A stretch of DNA of 64,000 nt from a candidate division LCP-89 bacterium (lineage in GTDB: Bacteria; Electryoneota; B3-LCP), in contig JALGVT010000007.1 in NCBI GenBank assembly GCA_025774555.1, positions 17,327 through 81,326 of the forward strand. Reading direction: 5' to 3'. The notes under the pieces were generated by a model that saw nothing but the letters and a program-made list of their open reading frames with translations, was not told the origin of the DNA and did not search any database. Below, one piece after another: positions 29,877 through 40,842 of this stretch. The position numbers and the translations under genes were made by a program. Within the stretch, counting starts at the first letter, position 1. Each line of letters opens with the position of its first letter.

Positions 29877-32810
29877 ATGAGAAGTTGCCTGCTTGCACTG
29901 TTTTGTGCATTGATTGCATTACCCGTAATTGCTGCTCCGGTGACTACCGCCGATCAAGCAGTAGATAAAATGGAAAAAATGGCTCTGCCTGACGGTAAAG
30001 ATGAAGTCATTCTTCAGGTGTGGGGTCCGGTTCCTGCCGGGACGGAAGTTCTGGGATGCAGTGAACACGTGATGACAACTCCCGCAGATGGGTACGTTAT
30101 CTTCATCGATGACTACCCGACCGCAAACCTGTTCCACCCGGTGCGCTATGCTTTCGTGAGTTCGGGTACCGGCGAGGTTACGGTTGTCGACGCGTCAAGT
30201 CCACCTGAGAATTATGCTGATTACGAAAGAATAGAGACGCGTATCTGGAACCAGCTATCCGCTCTTGAAAACCGCAGAGCGCCCAAGCCCGCCGCACCGC
30301 ACGAACCCATTGACAGCGACCGCTGGGCAGTTTTAATGAACGGCGGACACGATTCAGGCAACAACCATATCCGGTACTGGAACGATCTGTCGAATATCTA
30401 TATGGCTTTGAATGCGGTGTACGGTTTTGCTGATGACCACATCATCGTGCTCTGTTCTGACGGCTTGAATCCCGCGCCGGATCAATCGAACGGGCAGAAT
30501 TCCGATCCGGATTTGGACGGCGATGGCGATGATGACATCATGTTCCAGTGCGATCTGGCAAACGTGGATGCGGTATTCGCCAATCTGGTGACGACACTGG
30601 TGCCAGAAGATAAACTGTTCATATTTTCTACAGATCATGGCAGCAGCGATGGTGGCTGGAGCACTCATTTCAACCTCTGGAACCATGAAGAGCTGTTGGA
30701 TTCGCATTTCGCGTCTCTGCTGGCAGCCCTGCCCCAGTGTGAAGTCATCTGTACATTCGAACCCTGCTTTTCAGGCGGATTCTTAGATGACGTGGTCGTT
30801 CCTCCAGGACCGATAGTCGCTTCCTCCTCCTGCAGACATGATGAATATTCCTGGGCAATGCCGCCGGACTATATGTACGACACCTATGTATTTCACTGGA
30901 CAGCGGCAGTCAAGGGGGAAGACGCTTATGGTGTCGTCGTGGATGCTGATTACAACAGCGACGGCGTAGTTACCATGGACGAAGCGTTCATCTATGCCGA
31001 AATACATGATACTTCAGATGAAGAACCGCAATATGGCGACTATCCCGTTGGCATCGGGGCAGGGATTTCACTCTGGCCCACAGGAACGGGACCATTCCTG
31101 GTGGTGGCGGATAAGGAATTCGACGATATCGGCGGCAACAACAACGGCGCTCCGGATCCGGGTGAAACAGTGTCGATGTTGGTGACTTTGTCCAATGTCG
31201 GAAATGGAATAGCGGAAAACATTACCGGTACCCTTACAACAACAGATCCCTACTTGACAGTAACACAGAATTATGCCACATATCCGGATTTAGGGCAGTT
31301 TGAGCAGGGACAGGGAACACCCGAATATATGCTAGATATAAGTAGCGCCTGCCCGCAGGGTCAAAGCGTTGTCTGCGATATGCACATTACCGCTAACGGC
31401 GGCTACGAGAACGACGTGGTCGTGAGCTTCACAGTCGGAGACCCGGTGTACGATCCGTGCGGACCGGACAGTTACGGTTATATGGCGTACGACCCCTTCG
31501 ATGAACCGGAATTCCCGGTGTACGAATGGGTGGAAATCTGCGCTGATTCGGGTGGACCCGGGACGCTGGTCAACTTCACAATGGACGATGAAACCTTCCA
31601 ATTTGACCTGCCCTTCGATTTTCAGTATTACGGGCAGTCGTTCACGCGTTACACCATTGCGGCGAATGGCTGGATCGGTATGGGCGATATTCTAGAAGAC
31701 GATTACAGCAATTCCGGCATCCCTGACAGCGATGGACCGAACGGAATGATAGCGCTTTACTGGGAAGATCTGTCGCCGCAAAGAGTCAATTCGGGCAGAG
31801 TGTGGAACTGGTACGATGAAACCGATCACATGCTGATCGTGGAATACAACCACATCGAACAATACGCGCCGACGGGTTCGTTCGAGACCTTCCAAGTGAT
31901 CCTGCTGGATCCCGATTACTATCCAACTGGCACCAATGACGGACGCATAATATTCCAGTACAAAGATATGTCGGCGACCGCGCAGACTGAAGGAACTGTC
32001 GGCATTGAAAATCCCGGCGAAACGATAGGGTTGGAGTATCTCTACGACGGGTCGTATGATCTCCATGCATCGCAGATCAGGAATGAGATGGCGATTCTAT
32101 TCACCACGGTGGGCAGTGTGCCGGAAATGACTATCGCTCTGACCTATGTATCCGGATCGCCGGTTCCTGCCGGTGGCGGGAATATCTACTTCGACGTGTA
32201 TGTCGAAAACGCCGGATTGACGCCGTTGAGCTTCGATGCCTGGCTGGAGATAGTCTACGAGGGTGGCACGCCCAGTACGGTCGTGATGCGCTCCTTTACT
32301 AATTACCAACCCGGTTGGACGATCAACCGTCCCAATATGTTCTTCCCGGTGCCGGGCAGTTACGCCTCCGGCAATTACACCTTCACCGGCAAAGTCGGCG
32401 TTCACCCTTCAGTCGTCTGGGATGAGAGTGGTTTCCCGTTTGTTAAATCCGGGACCGATTACGTTGCAGGGTTTATACCGTGGGTGCCGGACGGTGTGCC
32501 CAACCCGTTTGATGAGATTGACAAGGGCGACGCACGCGTCGCCCCTACGGAGTTCACACTATTGGGCGCGTATCCCAATCCCTTTAATCCTACAACAGCT
32601 ATCAGCTATCAGCTTTCAGCGGTCAGTCTCGTAAACCTATCGGTTTACGATATATCTGGAAGAAAAGTAGCGGAACTGGTAGACGGTTGGAGAAATGCGG
32701 GTGTGCATGAGGCGACGTTTGATGCTTCTGATCTCGCTTCCGGCATCTACATCTACCGCATTGAAGCAGGTGATTTCAGTGCGGTGAGGAAGATGGTGTT
32801 GGTGAAATAA
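29877..32810 (+). CDS. Secreted caspase-fold cysteine peptidase (C25 gingipain-like) with pre-CTD module and T9SS C-terminal sorting domain
   Basis: RBS aggagg; signal peptide; FSTDHGSS (His) and CTFEPCFSGGF (Cys) dyad in gingipain/clostripain order; C-terminal 200 aa ~85-90% identical to 22318 gene module; CTD ...GIYIYRIEAGDFSAVRKMVLVK. Confidence 0.6.
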   Translation: MRSCLLALFCALIALPVIAAPVTTADQAVDKMEKMALPDGKDEVILQVWGPVPAGTEVLGCSEHVMTTPADGYVIFIDDYPTANLFHPVRYAFVSSGTGEVTVVDASSPPENYADYERIETRIWNQLSALENRRAPKPAAPHEPIDSDRWAVLMNGGHDSGNNHIRYWNDLSNIYMALNAVYGFADDHIIVLCSDGLNPAPDQSNGQNSDPDLDGDGDDDIMFQCDLANVDAVFANLVTTLVPEDKLFIFSTDHGSSDGGWSTHFNLWNHEELLDSHFASLLAALPQCEVICTFEPCFSGGFLDDVVVPPGPIVASSSCRHDEYSWAMPPDYMYDTYVFHWTAAVKGEDAYGVVVDADYNSDGVVTMDEAFIYAEIHDTSDEEPQYGDYPVGIGAGISLWPTGTGPFLVVADKEFDDIGGNNNGAPDPGETVSMLVTLSNVGNGIAENITGTLTTTDPYLTVTQNYATYPDLGQFEQGQGTPEYMLDISSACPQGQSVVCDMHITANGGYENDVVVSFTVGDPVYDPCGPDSYGYMAYDPFDEPEFPVYEWVEICADSGGPGTLVNFTMDDETFQFDLPFDFQYYGQSFTRYTIAANGWIGMGDILEDDYSNSGIPDSDGPNGMIALYWEDLSPQRVNSGRVWNWYDETDHMLIVEYNHIEQYAPTGSFETFQVILLDPDYYPTGTNDGRIIFQYKDMSATAQTEGTVGIENPGETIGLEYLYDGSYDLHASQIRNEMAILFTTVGSVPEMTIALTYVSGSPVPAGGGNIYFDVYVENAGLTPLSFDAWLEIVYEGGTPSTVVMRSFTNYQPGWTINRPNMFFPVPGSYASGNYTFTGKVGVHPSVVWDESGFPFVKSGTDYVAGFIPWVPDGVPNPFDEIDKGDARVAPTEFTLLGAYPNPFNPTTAISYQLSAVSLVNLSVYDISGRKVAELVDGWRNAGVHEATFDASDLASGIYIYRIEAGDFSAVRKMVLVK

Positions 32811-32819
32811 AATCTACCA

Positions 32820-32931
32820 TGTCATTCCGGCTTGTCCGGAGTCAGACATGGTTCATCCATCAGATACCCGGAAAGCGGGTATGACGGATGAACATAATAC
32901 GGTGGGTGATCCAAACGGGTCACCCTTTTTT
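32820..32931 (+). terminator. 3' element: tgtcattcc motif + two hairpins + terminator (gggtgatccaaacgggtcaccc + T6)
   Basis: stem-loops read directly; T-tract 32926..32931. Confidence 0.55.
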
Positions 32932-33040
32932 ACCCCTCTTTTTAAGAGGGATATGCTCGTCATTTTGTCAGGTCTTGTCCGTCGGCTAACGGATATGGCC
33001 CGACGCAACAGGTAATAATGTGGTATGGTTGAAAAAAAGC

Positions 33041-33069
33041 TTGACTTTTCGAAAAAAAACTCTTATATT
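33041..33069 (+). promoter_or_regulatory. Putative sigma70 promoter (gcTTGACTtttc-17-TATATT) followed by perfect palindrome cttaccccccggggggtaag (33082..33100)
   Basis: shares GCTTGACTTTC motif with promoters at 45150 and 47694. Confidence 0.45.
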
Positions 33070-33193
33070 ACTGTTAAGTTACTTACCCCCGGGGGGTAAG
33101 TCGATATTAAAAAACTTTATAACTCTTAAACTTCCACAGTATTTATTTCACGGATATTATATAAATAATCCAATACTGAATTCTTAATGACAG

Positions 33194-35778
33194 TTGAAAA
33201 AGGGGGTACAGATGAAAAAGACGAGTTTAGCATTACTGCTATGTACGCTGATAGCAGGACTGGGTTATACTCAGAATATCAGCGGACCGCAATCAGGGAC
33301 GCTCGGACCGGGAACCTACATTGTCGTAGGCGACATTTCTGTCCCGGCGAGTCAGACCCTGACGATTGTGCCGGGAACCTCGTTCCTGCACAACGGCGCC
33401 TGGAGATGGGATATCTCCGGAACGTTGAATGCTGAAGGGACCGAATCCGACAGTATTTACTTCATCCGACAGAATCCGACAGCCGCTAATCGCTGGAAGA
33501 GTATCCGCTTCCAGTCGGGCGCGTCCAGCGCGAGCACACTGGATTACTGCGTCATCGACAACTGTAACATCCCCAGCGGATCGTCCTACAATGACAAGGG
33601 CGGCGGTATCTATTCCAATGGTGTGTCCATAACGGTTACCAACAGCAGGATATCCAATTGCGATGCTTACTGGGATGGCGGCGGCATTTAAACTGCCTGA
33701 TCGTGGATAACACCGCTACATCCGGCGCTAATGGTGGCGGTATTTACCTGAACAACTCAGATGGAGCGTTCATCGCCTACAATGTAATTGCACGTAACTC
33801 TGCAACCGGCACGTGAGGCACCTGTGGAGGTGGCGGGATCCGCTGCTACAACTCAGATGCTGTAATTGCCTACAATCAGATTTACGACAACACTTCCGTG
33901 TACTACGGCGCTGGTGTATTAATCTACGGATGCACTCCGAATGTAGTTAATAACACCATCACACAGAACAGGTGCACATCCACATCTACGTCCGCAAAAG
34001 GTGGCGGGACCTATGCTGCAAGTGGAAGCCTTGCCGGTCGCAACAACATCATTTACAACAACATTGCCACGACCAATCCAGAAACCTATGGAACTGTCAA
34101 TGTCACCTATTCGTGCTGCTCGACAGTTTTGACCGGAACGGGCAACATCACAGATGATCCGATGTTTGAAGACGATTTCAACCTGACCTGGGGATCGCCC
34201 TGCATCAATACCGGCGATCCGAATGCTCCTTTAGATCCTGATGGAACCCGCGCCGACATGGGCGCGCTCTACTTCCACATGGGACCCGGCTTCGAGGAAC
34301 GTCCTGATGAACCGACCGATTTCACGGTTTCGCACAACAACGCGCTGTTGACGGCTACGCTCGATTGGACTAATCCAAGCATGACTGTCGGCGGCAGCAC
34401 ACTGACGGAGTTGACAGGCGTTCTCGTCTATCGAGATGAAGCGTTAGTTGATGACGTCACCGACGTTGTCATCGGCGCTCCGTACAGCTATGACGACACC
34501 ACGGTTCCGGTCGCGGGTATTTACGATTACGTGATTGTGCCTTACAACTCCTACGGTGAAGGTCTGGATGCGGATGCGTCTGCCTGGATTGGATTGGACA
34601 CGCCAGCAGAAGCGCAAAATGCCGCAGCCTTCCCGCATTGGGGTTATGAACTGAGCTGCTTTTTGACATGGGAGAATCCGTTGGTTGGTGAACATGGCGG
34701 GTATTGGCCCCAAGGAAGTTACCTCGGTCAAAAGGTATATCGTGACGATGTGGAAATAGCTGATTTAGCGGGAAGTAATAACTACTACACCGATGCAACC
34801 ATCCCGGAAACAGGGTTTTACACGTACAGCATATCCTATTATAACGAAACCGGAGAAGGTGTGGTTGTCGATTGCGATCCGGCTCCTGTCTATGTGGGTA
34901 TGCCGCAATTTGAGCAGATTCCGTATGACTGGGTCGAAATCAGCGTAATTGGGACGAATACCGGCGTCACCGGCGACGATCAGACTCTGGGACCGTTTAA
35001 CATCGGCTTCAATTTCCCCTTCTACAACGAAGAAGAATTTAACCGTGTCTGGATCTGTTCAAACGGCTGGATGTCCTTCCAGTTAACCACTTCAACGGCG
35101 TACACTAACGCGGCAATTCCCAACGGGCAGACTCCCAATAATCTGCTGTGCCCCTACTGGGATGACTTGACTCCGTACACAGGCAGCGGGATCTACTATT
35201 ATCATGACGTCGCCAATGAGCGTTTCATCGTTCAGTACGACGATGTGCCGCACTATAGCACAGGCGGATCATATACATTTGAAGTGATCTTATACACCGA
35301 TGGAAAGATCGACTTTATGTACAATGAAATGATCCACGGCACGGCAAATTCCGCGACAGTTGGATGCGAAAACGCTGCAGGAGACGAGGGACATCAGGTG
35401 ACGTATAACGGTTCCGGTCCCCTTAACCCTGAAAACGAAATGGGAATACGTCTCTATGTTGCCGCGGAACCGCCCACTGACGTTACCACTGACCCGGGAT
35501 TGGAAACGACGCCGGATGAATTCGCATTATATCAAGCGTATCCCAACCCCTTTAATCCGACGACAGCTATCAGCTATCAGCTTGCAGCGAGTAGCCTTGT
35601 CAACCTGACAGTCTACGACATCGCAGGGCGAAAGGTGGCTGAGCTGGTCAACGGCTGGCGGAATGCAGGTATGCATGAAGTCAACTTCGATGCATCTAAC
35701 CTGGCATCAGGCATATACCTCTATCGCCTGAGTGCCGGTGATTTCACTGCATCCGGCAAAATGGTGCTGATGAAGTAA
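33194..35778 (+). pseudogene. Disrupted beta-helix / T9SS-CTD cargo gene (frameshift ~33688 and in-frame TGA at 33814..33816)
   Basis: ORF 33194..33691 ends within GGGIY repeat; beta-helix repeats continue in the -1/+2 frame (LNCLIVDNTATSGANGGGIYLNN...), interrupted by TGA, then continue as ORF 33898..35778 ending in T9SS CTD. Confidence 0.55.
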
Positions 35779-35825
35779 GGTAAAACTAAAAACTTAGAAC
35801 TCAAAACTTAAAAAATACCCCCCAG

Positions 35826-35879
35826 CCCCCCTTTTTTTCAAGGGGGGAGTAAGGGGGATTTGTTTTAGGGACAGCCCCG
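35826..35879. repeat. Repeat family R copy 2
   Basis: gccccccTTTTTTTCAAGGGGGGAGTAAGGGGGATTTGTTTTAGG matches 1855..1901. Confidence 0.6.
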
Positions 35880-35929
35880 GAAAAAACAAACATCAATTGA
35901 AAAATTAATTTCGGATTAGCAAATATTCC

Positions 35930-35959
35930 TTGACAAAGCGCAAATTTTGTGTTATACTA
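35930..35959 (+). promoter_or_regulatory. Putative sigma70 promoter (TTGACA-18-TATACT) for 36006 gene
   Basis: consensus hexamers. Confidence 0.45.
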
Positions 35960-36005
35960 TATTCCAACTCACACCTTGTGATTTTACTAACCGTGGAGGT
36001 TTACC

Positions 36006-37523
36006 ATGTCGAAGCTAATTACTTTCTTCATCGCTTTCGCGATATTGATCCCTTCTTCCTTTGCTGCAACGATTCATGTCCCCGGGAATTATGCCACAAT
36101 ACAAGCTGGTGTAAACGCAGCAGCCAATGGTGATACCGTACTTGTTGGACCGGGAACGTACACCGAAAGCGTTACCATTCAGAACGTTACCATCCATCTT
36201 CTTACCTCAAACGGACCGGACGCGACCAAGATTATAAGAACCGGCTCCGGATTGATCAGCTGTCTGACCGTCTATACATCTTCTGAAATCAGAGGTTTCA
36301 CGCTTGAGCGATCTGGCGCGTATTTGACGGCTGCTACACTCCAGGTTCTCGATGGAAGCCCGCTCGTTCATCACAATCTCATCAAATGTATCGCAGAAGG
36401 TGTGATCTGCGTGGAGATTGCAGGATCCGGCTCGCCTCAATTTCTGAACAATACTCTGTATGGATTGGATGATGACTTCAATTACGGATTCAAAGTCACT
36501 TCATCGGCAGTCTGCCCGACGATAAAAAACAACATCGTCTACTTGAATCCTTCGATTTTCGGGCCGGAATACGGTATTTACAATCAGGCTGGCGCCGCCA
36601 TCATTCATACGTACAATGATTTCTACCAATGCACTTTATCCGGAACCTCTCTGGGGTTGGGTGAGATTCAAACCAATCCACTGTTTGTCGGGGGAAGTCC
36701 GTACTCCTATCACCTTCAATCAAACTCCCCCTGCATTGACACGGGAGTCCCTATATTTACCGACCCGGACTTCACGCGAAGCGACATGGGATGCTTCTAT
36801 TATGATCAGGGCACATTATCCGTCAATGTAACCGTAACCCTGACACCGGATACCATTCCTGTGCAGATTCCTGCTTCTGGAGGTAGTTTTGACTATAACA
36901 TCGCCGTTGCGAACCCTGAAGCCTTCTCGGTTCCAGCTAATGTGTGGTTTATGATAACTCTTCCGAGCGGTGTGTTGTGGGGCCCTATACAGAACCCAAT
37001 TAACGTGAACCTAAATGCTGGTTTTAGCGGCAATCGTGACAGGACCCAATTTATACGAGGCTCCATATCGCCAGGCAGCTATACTTATCACGCGTATATC
37101 GGTCTTTACCCCGGCATAATCTGGGATCACTCCTGCTTTGGCTTTGAGAAATTGATCACCGGCGGTGAATCAGAAGTGTATGATTGGTACTGCACTGGTG
37201 AAAGCTTCGATGAGTGGCAGACTACACCTGAGATTGATATCTCAGCTGAATTTAACTTGCGAGGCGCGTACCCCAATCCCTTTAATCCCTCGACAGCTAT
37301 CAGCTATCAGCTTTCAGCGCTCAGCTTTGTGAACCTTGCTGTTTATGATCTATCGGGACGGAAAGTTGCCGAACTGGTCAATGGCTGGCGGGATATTGGC
37401 AGCCACGAAGTAACCTTTGACGCTTCTGATCTGTCATCCGGCATGTATTTGTACAAACTTCATGTGTCGGGGTCAGGGGTGATCCCGACTATTGATACCG
37501 GTAAGATGGTGCTTATGAAATAA
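36006..37523 (+). CDS. Secreted pectate-lyase-fold beta-helix protein with pre-CTD module and T9SS C-terminal sorting domain
   Basis: TIHVPGNYATIQAGVNAAANGDTVLVGPGTY N-terminus; CTD YPNPFNPSTAISYQLS...GKMVLMK. Confidence 0.8.
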   Translation: MSKLITFFIAFAILIPSSFAATIHVPGNYATIQAGVNAAANGDTVLVGPGTYTESVTIQNVTIHLLTSNGPDATKIIRTGSGLISCLTVYTSSEIRGFTLERSGAYLTAATLQVLDGSPLVHHNLIKCIAEGVICVEIAGSGSPQFLNNTLYGLDDDFNYGFKVTSSAVCPTIKNNIVYLNPSIFGPEYGIYNQAGAAIIHTYNDFYQCTLSGTSLGLGEIQTNPLFVGGSPYSYHLQSNSPCIDTGVPIFTDPDFTRSDMGCFYYDQGTLSVNVTVTLTPDTIPVQIPASGGSFDYNIAVANPEAFSVPANVWFMITLPSGVLWGPIQNPINVNLNAGFSGNRDRTQFIRGSISPGSYTYHAYIGLYPGIIWDHSCFGFEKLITGGESEVYDWYCTGESFDEWQTTPEIDISAEFNLRGAYPNPFNPSTAISYQLSALSFVNLAVYDLSGRKVAELVNGWRDIGSHEVTFDASDLSSGMYLYKLHVSGSGVIPTIDTGKMVLMK

Positions 37524-37534
37524 AACGCAGAATG

Positions 37535-37589
37535 TGTCATCCCGGACTAGATCCGGGATTGAGTAGGGGCGAGATCACCTCGCCCCTAC
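37535..37589 (+). repeat. 3' element: tgtcatcc motif + hairpin (tcccgga/tccggga) + P1-variant GTAGGGGCGAGATCACCTCGCCCCTAC
   Basis: perfect 12-bp GTAG-headed palindrome. Confidence 0.6.
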
Positions 37590-37684
37590 AAGTGAAAATA
37601 TACAGCCCGGTCATGTGCCGCACACAACCGGACAAGAGGATAAACGGCAAATATTAATAATCTCATAATTACTAGGGCAAGACC

Positions 37685-40600
37685 GTGAAAAAGATAATCG
37701 CTGTTACTATTGCGCTTTTATCGATGGCTGCAGTATCATACGCTATCACGCTTCATGTTCCAGGAGAATATCAGACCATTCAGGGTGCGGTTGATGCAGC
37801 TAACCATGGAGACACTGTACTCGTTGCCGCAGGAACCTATGAGGAGAGCGTCATCATTGAGGATGCTGCTATATGCCTCATGAGCGAGGATGGTGCGCGC
37901 GTTACCAGAATTATGGTGATGGGCAGCAGCAACGACCACGTTGTTGCAGTGCACAACTCTTCCGAGATTTCAGGCTTCTACCTTTATCGTGCTGCGTCTT
38001 ATTGGTCGGGCGCTTCACTCAAGGTGTACGATGGAAGTCCTTACGTCCATCACAACCTCATAGTATGTAATTCCGAAGGCGCATGCTGTGTTGAAATCGC
38101 CGGTTCTGGAACGCCCTTATTCCTTAACAATTCACTGGACTGCCCGGTAACTCCTGACGCTACTTATGCCTGGGGCTTTCATATCTCTTCAGCGGATGCT
38201 GTCCCGACCATGAAGAATAATATCGTACGCGCGCCTGACTGGGGATGGGATCCGGGTTATTGTATTTACAATCAGGCTTACGCAGATCTCAATCATACCT
38301 ACAACGATTACTACATCGGCACTCTGTACGGCACACAGCTTGGATTAGGCGAAATTCAGGAAAATCCGCTATGGGGCGGTGTATGGCCCTCATACGATCT
38401 GACGTCGAATTCACCCTGCATCGATGCTGGTATTCCTACCTTACTTGATCCCGATTCGACACGGAGCGATATGGGGTGTTTTTACTATCATCAAATAACC
38501 TACCCCCCAACCATCACATCAACACCCGATACGATGGGTTTCGCCGGTCTTCCGTATTCCTACCAATTAGTTTTTGATGCTAACCCGTTTCCAGAATTTG
38601 AATTGTTGACATATCCAGCAGGAATGACAGTTGATACTGCCGGTCTGATTGAGTGGAATATACCTGTCACTGCCGTGTACGATACCGTTGTCAGTGTGCG
38701 AGCCTACAATATCTTTGGTGAGGATTTGCAGGAATATCCCCTGCATGTTCTTGAAAATACCAACCATCCTCCAGAAATCACTACCTATTCACCATTAGTT
38801 CTGGACAGCCTGGATTATCGCGATGAAGTCGAATTCTCAATCACGGCGATCGATCCAGATCTCGATCCCTTGACCTATTCCTGGGAATTGAATGGTGAGG
38901 AGATATCTACTGATACGAGTTGTACGATCAGCTTTTCAGTACTTGGCAATAATGAACTCACAGCCCGTGTCTCCGATCCCTGGGAATCGGACAGCGTTAG
39001 TTGGCAGCCGTTTGTTCGGGGTACAGCTGTGAGTGGTAATGTGAGCGGCACCTGGATCAGTGCTGCGAGTCCGTACGTTGCCTCATCGGATATCACCATT
39101 CCAACCGGCGCTACACTCGTTATGGCGCCCGGTACAGTTCTATATCTCGGCGATAGTACTCATTTGATTGTACAGGGACACTTAGAGGTGGTGGGTGTTG
39201 AAGCCGACTCCGTTTATATACTAAAGGACGGGATGGCTTCCAGCGGCGGTGTCAGGCACGTCCAATCAGCTACATCTTCATCTTTGATTTCATATTGCAG
39301 AATTGAGGCTGGAAGCTGGTGTGTTTCAGCGGATAATGTTGGAGCCCAATCGATTGCAGTTTATAACAGCCATCTCCAGGCTGCCTATGGTATCCATACT
39401 GCGAATGTGGAAAACATTGAGGCGCGGGATTGCCGGATTATCGCCTTGAATACCGGTGTTTATTCATATTCTATAAATATAGTTACTGTTGTGGATTGTG
39501 AATTCAGCATAGGTAAAGGAGTCTATATTAATGGGGCATATAATGTACAAGTAATCAATAACGTATTTGACGTTAACAATATCGCAATCAGTGTGCATGG
39601 CGGGTCAAGTATCTGTCTTATTGAAGGTAATGAGATTCACACTTCGTATTATATCGGTATCGAAGCGTGGGGATGTCTGCAGGATATATTGCTGACGCGA
39701 AATATGCTCTACGTGGTAGGAACGCCTGCCTGGGATTCTTATGCATTCCATATTGTGGATAGCGACGTCGAAATCCTGAATAATACTGTCGTATTAGAAT
39801 ACCCGGGGCGAGTTGTCACTATCGGATCAACCTATGGATCGGTGAATGTTCGTAATAATATCATGTACGGTGCAGGGGGAGGACCTGCCATCTATGCCTA
39901 CGCTGTAAGTCCAAACAGTGTCATCGAATATAACGATTTTTTTGGATTCGATTCACTGTATTACCACGTCTCACCCGGCGAAGGTAATGTTACCGAAGAT
40001 CCTCTCTTTGTGGGCGGTGATCCGTATTCCTACGAATTGCAGGCGGGCTCACCCTGTATCGATGCAGGCGATCCAACCAGTCCGCCTGATCCGGATTACA
40101 CCAGGGCGGATATGGGTGCTTACTACTTCAATCAAGGATTTGCACCATCACTTGAAGTGAACCTGACACCTTATAATCCACCTGTTCAGGTACCGGCTTC
40201 CGGTGGAAATATCGATTTCAACATCGAAGCAGGCAATACCGGATCGAGCCTTGCTACTTTCAGTATCTGGTGTGATATTACACTTCCCAACGGTAACAGC
40301 TATGGGCCAGTGCTGGGTCCGCTTAGCGTCACAATGAATGCAGGGTGGAGTGCTGATCGTGATCGAATCCAACAGATTCCTGCGATTGCTCCGGCAGGTG
40401 TTTACAGTTACAGCGCCTACGTGGGGATCTACCCGGACATTGTGGCTGATATGGACAGTTTTGATTTCGAGAAGCTGACAACGGGTGATGGGCCGGTCGT
40501 TATCGGGTGGTTGAACAGTGGTGGAGATTTCGATCTCTGGATGGTGGGCACGCCTGATCTGATTCCCGCAGAATTTTCGTTAGAGACAGCCTATCCCAAT

Positions 40601-40831
40601 CCGTTCAATCCTACGACAATTTTAAATCTACAGTTGCCTGAAGCTGCTGACGTGAAACTACACGTCTATAACATCAGAGGCAGTCTGGTGGCAGTATTGA
40701 TAAATGGCTGGAGAGATGCGGGATCCCACGAAGTGGTATTCGATGGTTCGACTCTCTCTTCCGGTATCTACATCTATCGCCTGCAAGCCGGCGAACACCA
40801 CGAGGTCGGCAGGATGGTGCTGATGAAGTAA
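37685..40831 (+). CDS. Large secreted beta-helix protein (paralogue of 36006 gene) with T9SS C-terminal sorting domain
   Basis: GTG start, signal peptide, ITLHVPGEYQTIQGAVDAANHGDTVLVAAGTY, pre-CTD module homologous to 36006 gene, CTD YPNPFNPTTILNLQLP...GRMVLMK. Confidence 0.8.
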   Translation: MKKIIAVTIALLSMAAVSYAITLHVPGEYQTIQGAVDAANHGDTVLVAAGTYEESVIIEDAAICLMSEDGARVTRIMVMGSSNDHVVAVHNSSEISGFYLYRAASYWSGASLKVYDGSPYVHHNLIVCNSEGACCVEIAGSGTPLFLNNSLDCPVTPDATYAWGFHISSADAVPTMKNNIVRAPDWGWDPGYCIYNQAYADLNHTYNDYYIGTLYGTQLGLGEIQENPLWGGVWPSYDLTSNSPCIDAGIPTLLDPDSTRSDMGCFYYHQITYPPTITSTPDTMGFAGLPYSYQLVFDANPFPEFELLTYPAGMTVDTAGLIEWNIPVTAVYDTVVSVRAYNIFGEDLQEYPLHVLENTNHPPEITTYSPLVLDSLDYRDEVEFSITAIDPDLDPLTYSWELNGEEISTDTSCTISFSVLGNNELTARVSDPWESDSVSWQPFVRGTAVSGNVSGTWISAASPYVASSDITIPTGATLVMAPGTVLYLGDSTHLIVQGHLEVVGVEADSVYILKDGMASSGGVRHVQSATSSSLISYCRIEAGSWCVSADNVGAQSIAVYNSHLQAAYGIHTANVENIEARDCRIIALNTGVYSYSINIVTVVDCEFSIGKGVYINGAYNVQVINNVFDVNNIAISVHGGSSICLIEGNEIHTSYYIGIEAWGCLQDILLTRNMLYVVGTPAWDSYAFHIVDSDVEILNNTVVLEYPGRVVTIGSTYGSVNVRNNIMYGAGGGPAIYAYAVSPNSVIEYNDFFGFDSLYYHVSPGEGNVTEDPLFVGGDPYSYELQAGSPCIDAGDPTSPPDPDYTRADMGAYYFNQGFAPSLEVNLTPYNPPVQVPASGGNIDFNIEAGNTGSSLATFSIWCDITLPNGNSYGPVLGPLSVTMNAGWSADRDRIQQIPAIAPAGVYSYSAYVGIYPDIVADMDSFDFEKLTTGDGPVVIGWLNSGGDFDLWMVGTPDLIPAEFSLETAYPNPFNPTTILNLQLPEAADVKLHVYNIRGSLVAVLINGWRDAGSHEVVFDGSTLSSGIYIYRLQAGEHHEVGRMVLMK

Positions 40832-40842
40832 CACACAGAGTG

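Noticed and set aside
33814-33816. TGA read-through / alternative genetic code (UGA=Gly or Sec)
   Set aside because: Other genes in the window (e.g. 70..1773) use TGA as a normal stop, and a separate frameshift lies 125 nt upstream. A pseudogene or sequencing error is more parsimonious.
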